Positions 1-10,895 of a DNA stretch of 64,000 nucleotides are shown one piece after another. The translations under genes were made by a program, and so were the position numbers. Position 1 is the first letter of the stretch, and every line of letters starts with the position of its first letter. Source of the DNA: Lobosporangium transversale (taxonomy: Eukaryota); contig NW_019028999.1 of assembly GCF_002105155.1 (NCBI RefSeq), positions 310,001-374,000 on the forward strand, read 5' to 3'. Under the pieces are notes generated by a model, which saw only the letters and a list, made by a program, of their open reading frames with translations, was not told where the DNA came from and did not search any database.

Positions 1-570
1 CGCTCCATGCTCTCAAGATAGAATTATCTACGCGATCCAACAGTATTGCTACGTAAATGGCTATGTAAATTGTAACTATTGCGGTGCTTTTGTTCTTTAT
101 TCACTCCGGAACTTCGCTGTCCTCTCATCGTGCAGATAAAAAACATGCTGTACAAGCCTGGGACATATACATACGGCAATGCCCATTTGATCTTTCTCTC
201 TTGTTTAGTGCGTGCATTCTCCTTCATCAGCTCCCTTGATGAAGAAAATGAAACATAGAAATAAAGAATGAAAAAAGAAAACTGTGTCTATGAATGGAAT
301 GTTGAATGTGATAAAATAATAATAACAATAATAAAAATAAAAAATCAGAGAATGTATGCTAAGGATAGTGATAAACAGATGGTAGTATCAAAACTCGGAA
401 ATAGATTGAGAACGATAAAAGATAAAAAGCTAATATGAAGCTTGGATATTGGAAAAAGAAACACAGAGTGTGTGAGAGAGATCGTGTGGATGTGGTGAAG
501 GCGGAAACTGTGAGCGTGGAAGATGAAAATGAGGACACAACCTGAAATACGTGTAATATACTCTTATACT

Positions 571-1766
571 TTAGACAGTCCATGGTTCGGCCTTAGGAGT
601 AGAATCATGATGGCTCTGGAACTCGAGTGTTCCATGAATATTAGCAGATCGCTTGAGAGTACGACTAATATCAGTCAATAAAAAAAAAAAAGTGTAAACA
701 TCACAAAATTCATAACACCTTGATTTCTGAAGATTGTTAGGCCTTTTTTTAGTTTAAAGTCATACCCAATGTTCATGACGATCTCCTGGTTGTCGGAAGA
801 TCGTGTCCACAATGCTATCCTAAAAAATGCCTTTCGAACAGATACAACAGCGCCACACACCTCGTTCTCATGCTCAAATGCCTCGCCAATACATGCAAGC
901 ATCTAAATGTGGAGAAATCGTTACACATTATAATCCAGGAGTTAGAGCATGTTTTGGCTCAAAAAGAAAAAAAGAAAAAAAAAAACTAAGTGCTGATCAT
1001 AAATCATATCAATCCTTACAGTATACAGCCAAATATTATCAATCTCGCTTATAGTCTTGTTTCGAGGAAGCTGAATGCTCCATTTTCCACCCCGCTTATT
1101 GGCAGGATCCTCCCACATGGGCTTGATTCCCTGTTTGAACAGATGATAGTTGGAGTTGATCGCCAAATCACATGCCTTCATAACATTGTTATACACCCTA
1201 AAAAATCGTTTATCCAAAATGTATGTTAATATAAATAATAATACAGCTATATATATATATATATATGGTATTAAATACTAAGGTGGCACGATTTAGGACC
1301 GCTGTGTGGATCACAGAAAGGATCTTGCCTTCTGTGTAGATGAATCATTACAAAAATAGCAATTGGTTTTATCATGCAAGCTATTCATTTGCAGCCAAGA
1401 AATGCTGGTCAACAGATCAATGGTAATGATTATGAATCAGCCGCAGTCAAATGAGTGGGTTCGTGCGCAGAGTTGGCACAGCACTAGCGTCTTCCATGAA
1501 GAGAAATATAAAAATAAAAGGAAGCCAATGTTTACTGCTTACCCCCAAAAATCTTCAACTGTCTCGACAGTGATGAGCTCCTTGAGCGACTGTTCCCAAG
1601 TATTGGGATTGGTTTTCTTTCCAGGATTGTCAAACCATAGAGTCCACGAGTTGTTTAGTGGATGCTTGACGTTAAAGTTGACTGGGTCATTAAAAACCGT
1701 AACATATTTTGTATTTTCGGTAGGGACAGCAAGAGTGTTGTTATTATCACTGTCGTGCTGAGCCAT
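571..1766 (-). CDS. eIF4E: Translation initiation factor eIF4E (4 exons: 1766-1543, 1197-1020, 902-766, 664-571)
   Basis: Motifs KHPLNNSWTLWFD, TVEDFWG, YHLFKQGIKPMWED, RGGKW, LACIGE, GAVVSVRK..RIALWT; GT-AG introns join the ORF pieces in frame. Confidence 0.95.
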
Positions 1767-1949
1767 GGTTAAATGAAGTGATTAGATGTCAGAAATGAGA
1801 ACAAGAAGGAACAATGAACAAAGGATCGCGTAAAAAATGTGTATACGAGATGTGGAAAAGATTTAGGAAGAAAAGAAAGATCACTAAAAAAAATGTTATT
1901 TTTTCAGGTTTTTGTGACTGCGTCTATTCTAAAATGAGCAAATTCTAAT

Positions 1950-4130
1950 TTAGAGCATTGTGCGGATCGCCCTGCTGACTCCTCCGACCCATGCCGGCGC
2001 CTGACGATCAACTGCCTTGAAAGTTCTCTCGGTCACTGGATACGTATAATGCCGAAGGGCATGGAGTTCCTATCGTTAGAAAGCAAACATAAAAAACGGG
2101 CTCAGTAAATGCCACAAGGCGCATCTTGTTAACATTGACCAGGAGATCACCTGGCGCACCAACTGTAATGTGTTAACACTATCATACTTCATGAAGACTT
2201 TTCCGTAGACTATGGTTTGATGTCACCATAAGTAGCTGCGCCTCCAAGTCCCGCACAATTGACCGATAGCCAAAGTTGGGTGATCCAATTGTCGTCATGA
2301 CAGGAAGGACGGAATTAGGAGGATACACCCATAAACCTAATGAGAAATGTGTATACAAGTCAAAATCGCATCTCTTGAGATCAACACATGGTAAAATATA
2401 TCTCATCTTTCGGATAGCTGCAGAAAAACAGAATGAGTATTACCTTTTGCATGATAGGTCCAACCCTTACGCAAATACTCTTCGATCTTTATCCGCTCCG
2501 CATTACCTGTCCTTTTGACGTTATTAAAAAACCGCCGCTCTATAAGTGTGTAGGCCATCGGTATGTACTTTGAGATTCCTGCTGAATTGTAAAATCCATT
2601 GGCCTAGTCATGTTAAATACATCAGGTTACTCGATGTACGTTCCACTCGATATGTGTCATAGCGATGTGCTTACTGAAAGACCAAATCTTACCTCAGGTG
2701 CGGCTGCAATAAGGCATACATCTGCTGCCCCGGATCGGATGATCGTCTCTGTGTATCGTTTCTCAAAGTTGAAATAGCCTGAGGTGATAAACATCTTTGC
2801 TAAACCGTCCTGGTTTTTTGCATGAAGAATGTGCTCCAAAATCGAAAGCGTCACCCGCTCATCTTGCCGTATCTCAAAAGGGCCCATCTGGATTATCGGG
2901 TGAAGAGTCGTGTCATATGAGGCATCCATGGGCAATTGTTGAACTTTGGACCATTTTCTCAAAAACTCTCGAGCCTTCTTTGTGGCATGCTTCTTGAAGC
3001 TCTTGCTATCATTTACCGGGTCAGGAACACCATCGTCCATGCTCAGATTAAACGTGTCGCCATTATCCAGTAACGAATATGATATGGAAGAAACAGTTGA
3101 AACTAAATCGCAATAATACTCCGTTAAATCTTTGTTCTGGAAGGCGATGTACCGATCTTGTCGATTCGTAAAGTAATCATGGCTCATATTTGCTCTATAT
3201 TGTAAAGATAAATCCATATATACGCCTTGTGCTTAAAAGATGAGACAATATAACGGAGAGATGTTGATTATTCAAGCGCTATCACCAAAGCGAGCAACAT
3301 ACCCGCTCATAATTAACATATCGTCAAAGGCGTAAACCTTCATGTGCATTAATCCAATCCCTTCATTAAAACGCGGAGGCATAACCTGTTTTAAAAGCCC
3401 GTTGAGATCAGGTGTGTGATACATGAATATCTGCACTTGGTTTGGATATGCTTTCATAAGAGGATACAAAAGCGATGCTGAGCTGCCCTGTCCTGAATCT
3501 CGAGTTCCACGTAATGAGTCTAAAAGCAAATTTAACTTAAGCTGTGGCCGTGCTCTTAATGCTTCAGAAAGCGCAGCAACCTGTAATTGTGAGTGAATTG
3601 TTGATAGTTACATTCAAGTTACCATCGTTAGAACCGAGTCTGCTTCTTTGGGTTATTCAAAGAGCAGGCAAAAAAAGATCTATTGAAAACAAATCGTACC
3701 AGATCAGTCTCGTTGTGTCCAAGGTATAGAGCGGCAAGAGTAATCGATCTTTGAGCTTTGCGGATGTGATCCTAAATTAAGATCAACGCTTGCCGGTTGG
3801 CCAAGTACAATCAGGAAATGTCAAAATAATAATAATAATAATAACAGTAGTAGTAATGAAATATGAAAGAAATGTGAGGCTTGAAAATACCTTCATTTCA
3901 CTGTAAAATTGAGATGGACCTAAAATTGGTTTAACATGTTCTCCTTGAATAGCAAACCGTGGTAGAGCCGGTCGTGTATCCTGAAGCAACTGCCGTATCC
4001 GTGCAACATAATCATGGTCCGAAAGTAGTGTCGTAGTTGAGGCTTGTGTGGTGAGTTGTCGCAGACTGATTGCAGCTCTTGCCGTCTTCCGTACGGGCAC
4101 GATCCGCTGCAACAGAGTGATTGGTAACAT
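1950..4130 (-). CDS. PGS1: Mitochondrial phosphatidylglycerophosphate synthase, PLD superfamily (multi-exon)
   Basis: LLDSLRGTR, HMKVYAFDD..IMSGANMSHDYFTNRQDRY (HKD motif), ITSGYFNF, TIGSPNFGYRS..RDLEAQ; basic N-terminal presequence-like start; last exon ends RAIRTML*. Confidence 0.93.
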
Positions 4131-4312
4131 TGAGTTTTTTCACGTTTGAAAGCGATGGTTACTGAAAGTCAGCACTCTTAGAAAAGCACTATTAAAGTGG
4201 CTTGAACTGTCCCTTGACAATAAAAAAATTCTACATTTTGGGCCATTTTGGTTTTTGGTCGCACTAATCATTATAATTTCATCTATCATTCTATTTTTCA
4301 ATTCCTAACATT

Positions 4313-4434
4313 ATGGACTACGATACTATCGAAGCTCTGGTCGATGCACCTTTCCAAAAGGTAGCATGAACCGAATTACAATGCATATCCATAAATTAAT
4401 CAGGATCTAAGCGCATTGCAATCGTAGAATGATA

Positions 4435-4466
<32 letters not shown>

Positions 4467-7013
4467 GCTCTATTCAGGAGCATAAACCATCTCTTTCCAC
4501 GGAAATGAATACCGCACGTCGAGACTCAAGGAGGTAAGAAAAAGAAATGTATATTAGATGATACTTCCTTTAGCATAGTTGGTTTGATGTCTGTCAGTAA
4601 GATGCAAGAATATGTTGATAACGAGCTTTTGTCGTTTATAGTAGTGAACGAGTCCCGTCTGTGGATGGTTATAGAGAGAGCCGTCAGTCAGGGTCTCCTC
4701 GCGACACTGAAGGACGCTATTCTAGATCAAAAGACCGAGATGACGATCGTTCAGGAAGTAGACGCCATCGACGCTCAAGATCTCGTTCACCTAGACATTC
4801 CAGGGACCATAGGGATCATAGAGACTATGGTGATTATTACAAGGATCATAGAGACTATAGAGACTACAGAGATAGAGATTATCGTGACTACAGAGAGAGT
4901 CGCAGCCATCAGACTGACCGTTATGATAGGGATCGCCGTAGGAGTTACTCTCGTGAGCGCAGCATACGCAGAAGCAAGAGCCCCAGAGGCTATGGAGGAA
5001 GGTATGATGCCATTGCAAAGATTTTAATATAGGCTATGAGAGTTTAAATATTAGACTCAGCTTTTTAACGTAGTTTACACTTAAAAATATAGTCACCATC
5101 ACCGCCGCCGTCGATCCCCTTCCCCTCCTGCTGACGAAGCAACGTGCGACAGGAGGACTGTCTTTGTGATGCAGCTTTCTGCTCGTCTACGATCATCTGA
5201 ACTTGAGGAATTCTTTTCACGAGCGGGGAAAGTGCGAGCTGCCCGGATTATTGAGGACCGCAATACTGGAAGATCAAAGGGGTACGGTAGTAACTCTATA
5301 GTGTTGATCCGAGTGCATCTGTTCTACATGGCAAAGTCATACTCATTCATTCTCTCGTATATCGCAAATGATAGAGTTGGATATGTAGAATTTTATGAAG
5401 AGGAGTCAGTAGCCAAAGCAATTGAACTGACTGGACAGAAACTCTTAGGTATCCCCGTTATTGCGAAACATACAGAATCCGAGAAAAACCGCTTGGCTCT
5501 TCAAGCATCTAATCAAGCGTATGTTTAAAATGTATTGAGCATATTACTGATAACTTAGTTAAACATCGACATAACTCTGACTTCTTGATTAATAATTCAT
5601 ATAATTCTAGCCAAGCTGCAATGGAGACCCCAGCTCCCTCTACTCCTGTCGACTTGTCTCAACATCGACTTTATGTCGGGTCTGTAAATTTTGATTTGAC
5701 AGAAGAAGATCTTAAACAGGTTCTTGAGCCTTTTGGACCTATTGAGTTTATCAAACTACATAGGGATGCAGAGACAGGAAAATCAAAAGGCTTTGCTTTT
5801 GTTCAGTAAGTTGACTCGATATTGCGTCTTTAATACTTCTATTGCTATGTGCAATGGTATATGTCTGGCGCTATTTATTTATTTTCTGGAATTACTCGAA
5901 CTCATTTTGGTTTACAGATACAAAAATGCAATCGACGCAAAGCAGGCTATGGAACGGATGAATGGATACGTTTTGGCTGGAAGAGCTGTAAGTTTATTAT
6001 GTTTTGGCTAAGTGTTTAAGGAGCAGAGTTCTGTTCTTCAATCATAGATGAATGGCTTCTCACCCAAACATGTTCAAATTTTAGATTAAGGTCGGCCTTG
6101 TTACAGAAAAAGGAACTACACAAAATAACGGCTATCAGTACAATAGTAGTAACGGTCAAATTAATAATAGCATTAGCATTGATGACAGTGGTAAGAGCAA
6201 CTCTTGTGATTGATCATGCCAAGCTTTCGCTGTATTAGACATAAGAAGTCTCAGGCGACTGAACCCCCCACTTTTTCTTATCTTATAGATACAGCCGGGT
6301 ATGCTATGACTTCTCAGTCCCGTGCAGATTTGATGCAAAAACTAGCAAGGGGCGACGCAAGCCTTGGCGCCACTGCCAATCCTCCAGCTGCGCCGAGCCC
6401 TACTACAACATCTTTTGTGTAAGTAGCCCTTATATCGTCATACCCACTTTTTAATATCATTGCTTGCAAACAAAGACTAACAGGATTTTCTCTCTCTGCA
6501 CACAGTCCTCCTAGGCAGCTCCCTGTTGTCATGCCTTCTCGTGCAGTGTTGTTAAAAAATATGTTTACGGATGAGGAGTAAGTGAGCTACGTACTTTACA
6601 GCTTCCTGTTGGTTGATTATACTTTACCTGGTTATTTATCTTACTCTATTGTATATACATTCAAAATAGCAAATTGGAGCCAGATTGGGCCCAAGGTTTG
6701 GAAGAAGATGTCAAGGAGGAAGCTGAAAAGAGTGGTCCAGTTGTTCATATCCATGTCGAGCAAGAATCACAGGTATGTCACTATAAATATTGCGGCTTCC
6801 TTTGTCTCTTAAAGACATATACTAAACTACTTTACCTATCGTTGATGCTGCTCCATATAGGGTGAGATCTATCTAAAGTTCGATACTATTCAGTCCGCGA
6901 CAAATGCAGTGCATACGTTAGGAGGTCGCTTCTTTGCCGGTAGGCAAATTGTTGCTGCCTTCCTTCCGGAGATGCTTTATAACGTCCGCTTTCCTCGTGC
7001 AGCTAATTTGTAG
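4313..7013 (+). CDS. RBM39: RBM39/RBM23 (CAPER/CC1)-like splicing factor: RS domain, two RRMs and a UHM (multi-exon)
   Basis: N-terminus MDYDTIEALVDAPFQK, RS/RD-rich exon, RRM1 DRRTVFVMQL..GRSKG.GYVEF, RRM2 RLYVGSVNF..KSKGFAFVQ, linker SRADLMQKLAR, UHM LLKNMF..GRFFAGRQI. Confidence 0.92.
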
Positions 7014-7339
7014 ATGATCTCAAGAGAAAACATGTGCCTTGCATCCCCGCGACAAAGCCCTTCTTGATGGTCATATTATTAAGGAGCGCCAGATACCGTC
7101 CTCAGTCACAAATACGTCTTTTTCTTTCTTTTCCTTTTCTCTCTTGCTATTGCCAGTATAGCTGTTAAGTTCATTTTTTATTCATCTCCTCGTTTTCTTG
7201 CTTCAACCGCTGCCTAGTGAACGATGCTGCAAGGAACCATGCCGATCATAATCACTATGATCTCCACTGTACGATTAATAAATTTTTTTTATTTTTGAAT
7301 AGTGCAGCACGATTGCTATCGGTGGAGACCTATTTAAAT

Positions 7340-7370
<31 letters not shown>

Positions 7371-7963
7371 AAGGACTGATGAAGTATTGAACTGGTCCAC
7401 CAAAATGAATCGATTCATGGGTATGGCTTTTTCTTTTAAAACAGAGTGACTACTTTCAAATCTGGAGAAGTTTAGAGAAGGCTAACGCAAGTTTTAAGAT
7501 TAACACGTAGGCTTAAGGCAGACCTGAAGAAATTCGGATTTGACATTTTTTGAGCTGCTTTGGTAAGATGTCTTGAGGGCTACATTCTCCTAGTCATACC
7601 TGAGGAGGAGGACGTAACTGGCTATGAAAGACAGTTTGTGTGAGAGTGAAAGTTTTTTTTTTTTTTTTTTTTTTTTTAGCTATTTACTAGACTAGAGTTA
7701 ACAAACGTTTTTTTACAAGAATACTGAGGTTAATGATGTTTGAGATAAAAACCACCAAAAAAAACTTCATCTTTGCGAGCTGCTGACATCTTTTTTACAC
7801 AAATCGATACACATCCGATGAGGAAATTAAAGATGGCGTTTTCGTTTTATTCCGTAATTTGATAAACTACAGTATATGGTACAGTGCAAGTAAAGCAATC
7901 AAGAAAGAAAGAAAGGAGAAGATTAAGAATGAAGAGGAAAGAGAAGAGTGATAGATAAAAAAA

Positions 7964-9670
7964 TCAGCGAAGATCAATGAGATCATCCCACGACACGTTT
8001 TCAGCCACCAATTCTGCTCTAAGAGTATCGAGCGTCTTCCACTCTATAAGGATTTTGGCGTCATCTAAATTGACCCAATGGTCAGTATCACTGTCGGTAT
8101 CATCGTCATCCGATCCGCTATCGCTATCATCATCTTGACTACTGTAATCGCCGTCTGAAGTATCGTTGATGCTGCTGAGGTCATCAAGAATTTTGGATGC
8201 CTGAACATGTGCTTCTAATTTGGTACTGGAGCCAGAACCCAAAAGCTCGATTAGTGATACTGAAGCATCGGGCCTATGCTGTTGTTTCTCTTGGTCAGAT
8301 ATCCTATCTGAAACTTTATCATTGTCATGTCTTGGCCCTTCAAATCTCATATCAACGCCACTGTCTTTTTTGTCTTTGTCTTGGGATAGAGTAAAGGCCC
8401 CAAAGTCAATGCCCTCCAAATCCGCGAGTCCAGCAGGAAGTGACTGAGATTCGCAAGCCACGCTCGTATCAGTAGAACTGAAATCTAGGTCCAACAAATT
8501 TGCTGTGCCTTTGGTTTCCGGCATCGGGGAAATCTCATGCATTTGAACTGCAAAGACCGGTAGAGTCTTTGAAGATACTGTGCTTGCCATTTCAGGTACC
8601 GAATGTTCAATATCAATTAATTTGGCCATGATCTGCTCTCTATTATTTTCAAAGGCCACTGTAGATGTTTTAACATTCGCTATTGTTGTTGGTGTGGCCA
8701 TCATGACGGATGATGATGAAGTTGGAATTGATGAAGATGGTGGCTCTAGTCTTGTCGTTGGGGCCGATGCTGCTGAGGACGATGAGGAAGTAGGTGATTG
8801 AATGTGGCTGGAGCCTAGTATCTGTGTTTGGGCTTTTGTTTGGGCTTCCTTTCGCGTTTGTTCCTGTTCCTGTCCCTGCATAGGGACCCTTCCTGCCTTT
8901 GTAGCCTCCACTGTTGACGACAATGACGATAATGACGACAAGGATGATGCTGATGAGGATGATGCTGATGAGGATGAGGATGAAGATGATAACGATGATA
9001 ACGATCTGTCTGATGAGTCAACGTTCGATGTCCTATCTATATGAGGTCCTGCCGTACGAGAGCGTTGCTCACTATAATAAGCTCTAGAGCCTGCTCTTCC
9101 TGCATTTGGTTCAACGCCATTTCCGCTTCCGCGTTTTTGATCGGCTGAAAGTGCAGCAGCAACTTTTTGTTGTTCGATATTGCTGAAATTATTCCAGTCT
9201 TCAGGGGTGTAGTTTGGATTAAAAGCGTTCCACACGCCTACGGCTTTCCCAGTTCCTGGTGGATTGCGCTCTTGTCTCGGTGTGGATCCCATTGGGTGTT
9301 CAAAGTCTGTCGCAGGACGTTTATTAAAGTGAAAGCTTTTGCTACTGTTGAAATCAATACGTCCCAGGATACGAGGGTGTGGTACGGTTGGTTGTGGATA
9401 CCGATGATACGATGTCCTCTGATGAAGGACTGTTTCACGTTCAATTATGTTTTGATGAGGAGTGTATGTAGTACTGTTATAAAAGGGTCTTCTAGAACGG
9501 TCGAGTGAATGACGACCATAGTCCACAGAATAATCATTACTAGATCGTCTTCGGAATGGATGCAGCGGCTGCTGTTGCTGTTGCTGTTGTTGCACCGGCC
9601 TCTGGGCTTGCGTGGGCCTGGGAGGAGCCCACTCATTGTCAGGGAGTGGAACAAATTGGATCTCGGACAT
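7964..9670 (-). CDS. Hypothetical intronless low-complexity protein (~568 aa; Ser/Gln/Asp-rich, probably disordered)
   Basis: Long uninterrupted ORF from ATG at 9670 (MSEIQFVPL...); no recognisable domain. Confidence 0.7.
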   Translation of the reverse strand: MSEIQFVPLPDNEWAPPRPTQAQRPVQQQQQQQQPLHPFRRRSSNDYSVDYGRHSLDRSRRPFYNSTTYTPHQNIIERETVLHQRTSYHRYPQPTVPHPRILGRIDFNSSKSFHFNKRPATDFEHPMGSTPRQERNPPGTGKAVGVWNAFNPNYTPEDWNNFSNIEQQKVAAALSADQKRGSGNGVEPNAGRAGSRAYYSEQRSRTAGPHIDRTSNVDSSDRSLSSLSSSSSSSSASSSSASSLSSLSSLSSTVEATKAGRVPMQGQEQEQTRKEAQTKAQTQILGSSHIQSPTSSSSSAASAPTTRLEPPSSSIPTSSSSVMMATPTTIANVKTSTVAFENNREQIMAKLIDIEHSVPEMASTVSSKTLPVFAVQMHEISPMPETKGTANLLDLDFSSTDTSVACESQSLPAGLADLEGIDFGAFTLSQDKDKKDSGVDMRFEGPRHDNDKVSDRISDQEKQQHRPDASVSLIELLGSGSSTKLEAHVQASKILDDLSSINDTSDGDYSSQDDDSDSGSDDDDTDSDTDHWVNLDDAKILIEWKTLDTLRAELVAENVSWDDLIDLR

Positions 9671-10719
9671 GAATGGTAAAACAAAAGCAAGAAGCAAAGA
9701 GAAATCGCAGCCGATGCAAACAATAATAAGAGTTTTGTAGGGAGCTTAGTCAAGATTGGCTTAGTTAAAGATTTTATTTTAGTCAAGGTGGAAAAACGAA
9801 ATTTTTCTTCAGTCACGGGATGCCGTGTTAGGTGAAAAAATGGCGCACGATTCCACAAGGTTGGAATACGAGAACTAAGACTTTTGGGATACAAGAAATA
9901 ATGTTGTCAAGATATGCTGAATGGATGTACGTTTATCCTTGTCAAGCCAGAATCTGGAATAAGCTCAAATATCTTTCTCCTTTTCTCTCCTTCTCTTCCT
10001 TCCTCATTCTGCTATATATTAAAAAAATAGCACTCTTTAATAAAGATCTACCTTCAGTCCTATCAAGTTTTAGCTTTAACCATGGCTTCATTCGCAGCAA
10101 GTGTATCATCCTCAGAGCTGGCTAGTCCTTCAGCGGCGGTCAGCTCTGCCCCGGTATCTTCAACTTCGGCTGTGCAGCTACCATTGTCGGACTTGCCCAT
10201 GGGTTGGCAACAACGTCACACATTAAAGACCAATCGAACCCGTACTGTGTCTTGGCCGGGATTCCCAGCTGCATCAAAATCCGTTTTGAAACCACTACCT
10301 GCGCACCATCGGTATAGGCATAGTGGGCTATCAGCACCCCTATTACTACCATTAAATGTGAGAAATACTTTTCGTCTTATGGGGATTCTCTCGGTGGTTT
10401 CCTCGCTGATGGCCCTTCCCTGGCACTCATATGGACATACGAACTACAAACAGGGGTTTGGGCGAGGGACCGAGGTAACAACATCCACAGACTTTCACAT
10501 CGAGTCACTCGAAATATGTCACACATTCACAAACATCTGATGACCAAGAAGAGTTGACATCCTAATTTTTTTTCTTCTTTACATTATACATCATATCGAT
10601 ACTCTCGAACGTGTCACAATACATGGATATTTTAGTTCTTGACTATTACAGGCATGGTAACCTTACTCTGTCTTTGCCTGGGTATTGTAGGTGATCACTT
10701 TCAGACAAAAAGTAAGTCG

Positions 10720-10895
10720 TATTTTTACATGTATTAAAATATAGTCCGTCCCATTAAAAAACGAGACATCCCATCTAGTGTTAAAAGAAGAAGTGTATTA
10801 GAACAAAGAAATAAAAAGTATTATCAAGCCAATACTTACAATTTTTTAAAACGAAGGCCTTTCTGGACCTAGTCATGTTTGTAGTAGATTGTGTC
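10720..10895 (-). ncRNA. Candidate Fanzor omega-RNA (scaffold from the element's 3' end plus a guide from the flank)
   Basis: Positional inference only: 154 nt between the Fanzor stop and the 3' TIR, where TnpB/Fanzor guide RNAs are encoded. Some local complementarity is visible; no expression evidence. Confidence 0.5.
10742..10755. repeat. Terminal inverted repeat, 3' end relative to the Fanzor gene
   Basis: TAGTCCGTCCCATT preceded by TA; 12/14 match to the reverse complement of 13541-13554. Confidence 0.8.

Noticed and set aside
1..230. Possible 3' end of a plus-strand gene, or the 67-aa minus-strand ORF
   Set aside because: Too short, with no recognisable motif; cannot be supported from this window.
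4800..4900. Short tandem AGAGACTAT-type repeats, superficially array-like
   Set aside because: Coding RDY/RDH repeats of the RBM39 RS domain; no spacer structure, so not a CRISPR array.
7340..7680. Long poly-T runs as possible retroelement tails
   Set aside because: Such homopolymers occur throughout introns and intergenic DNA in this window; no associated TSD or RT sequence.
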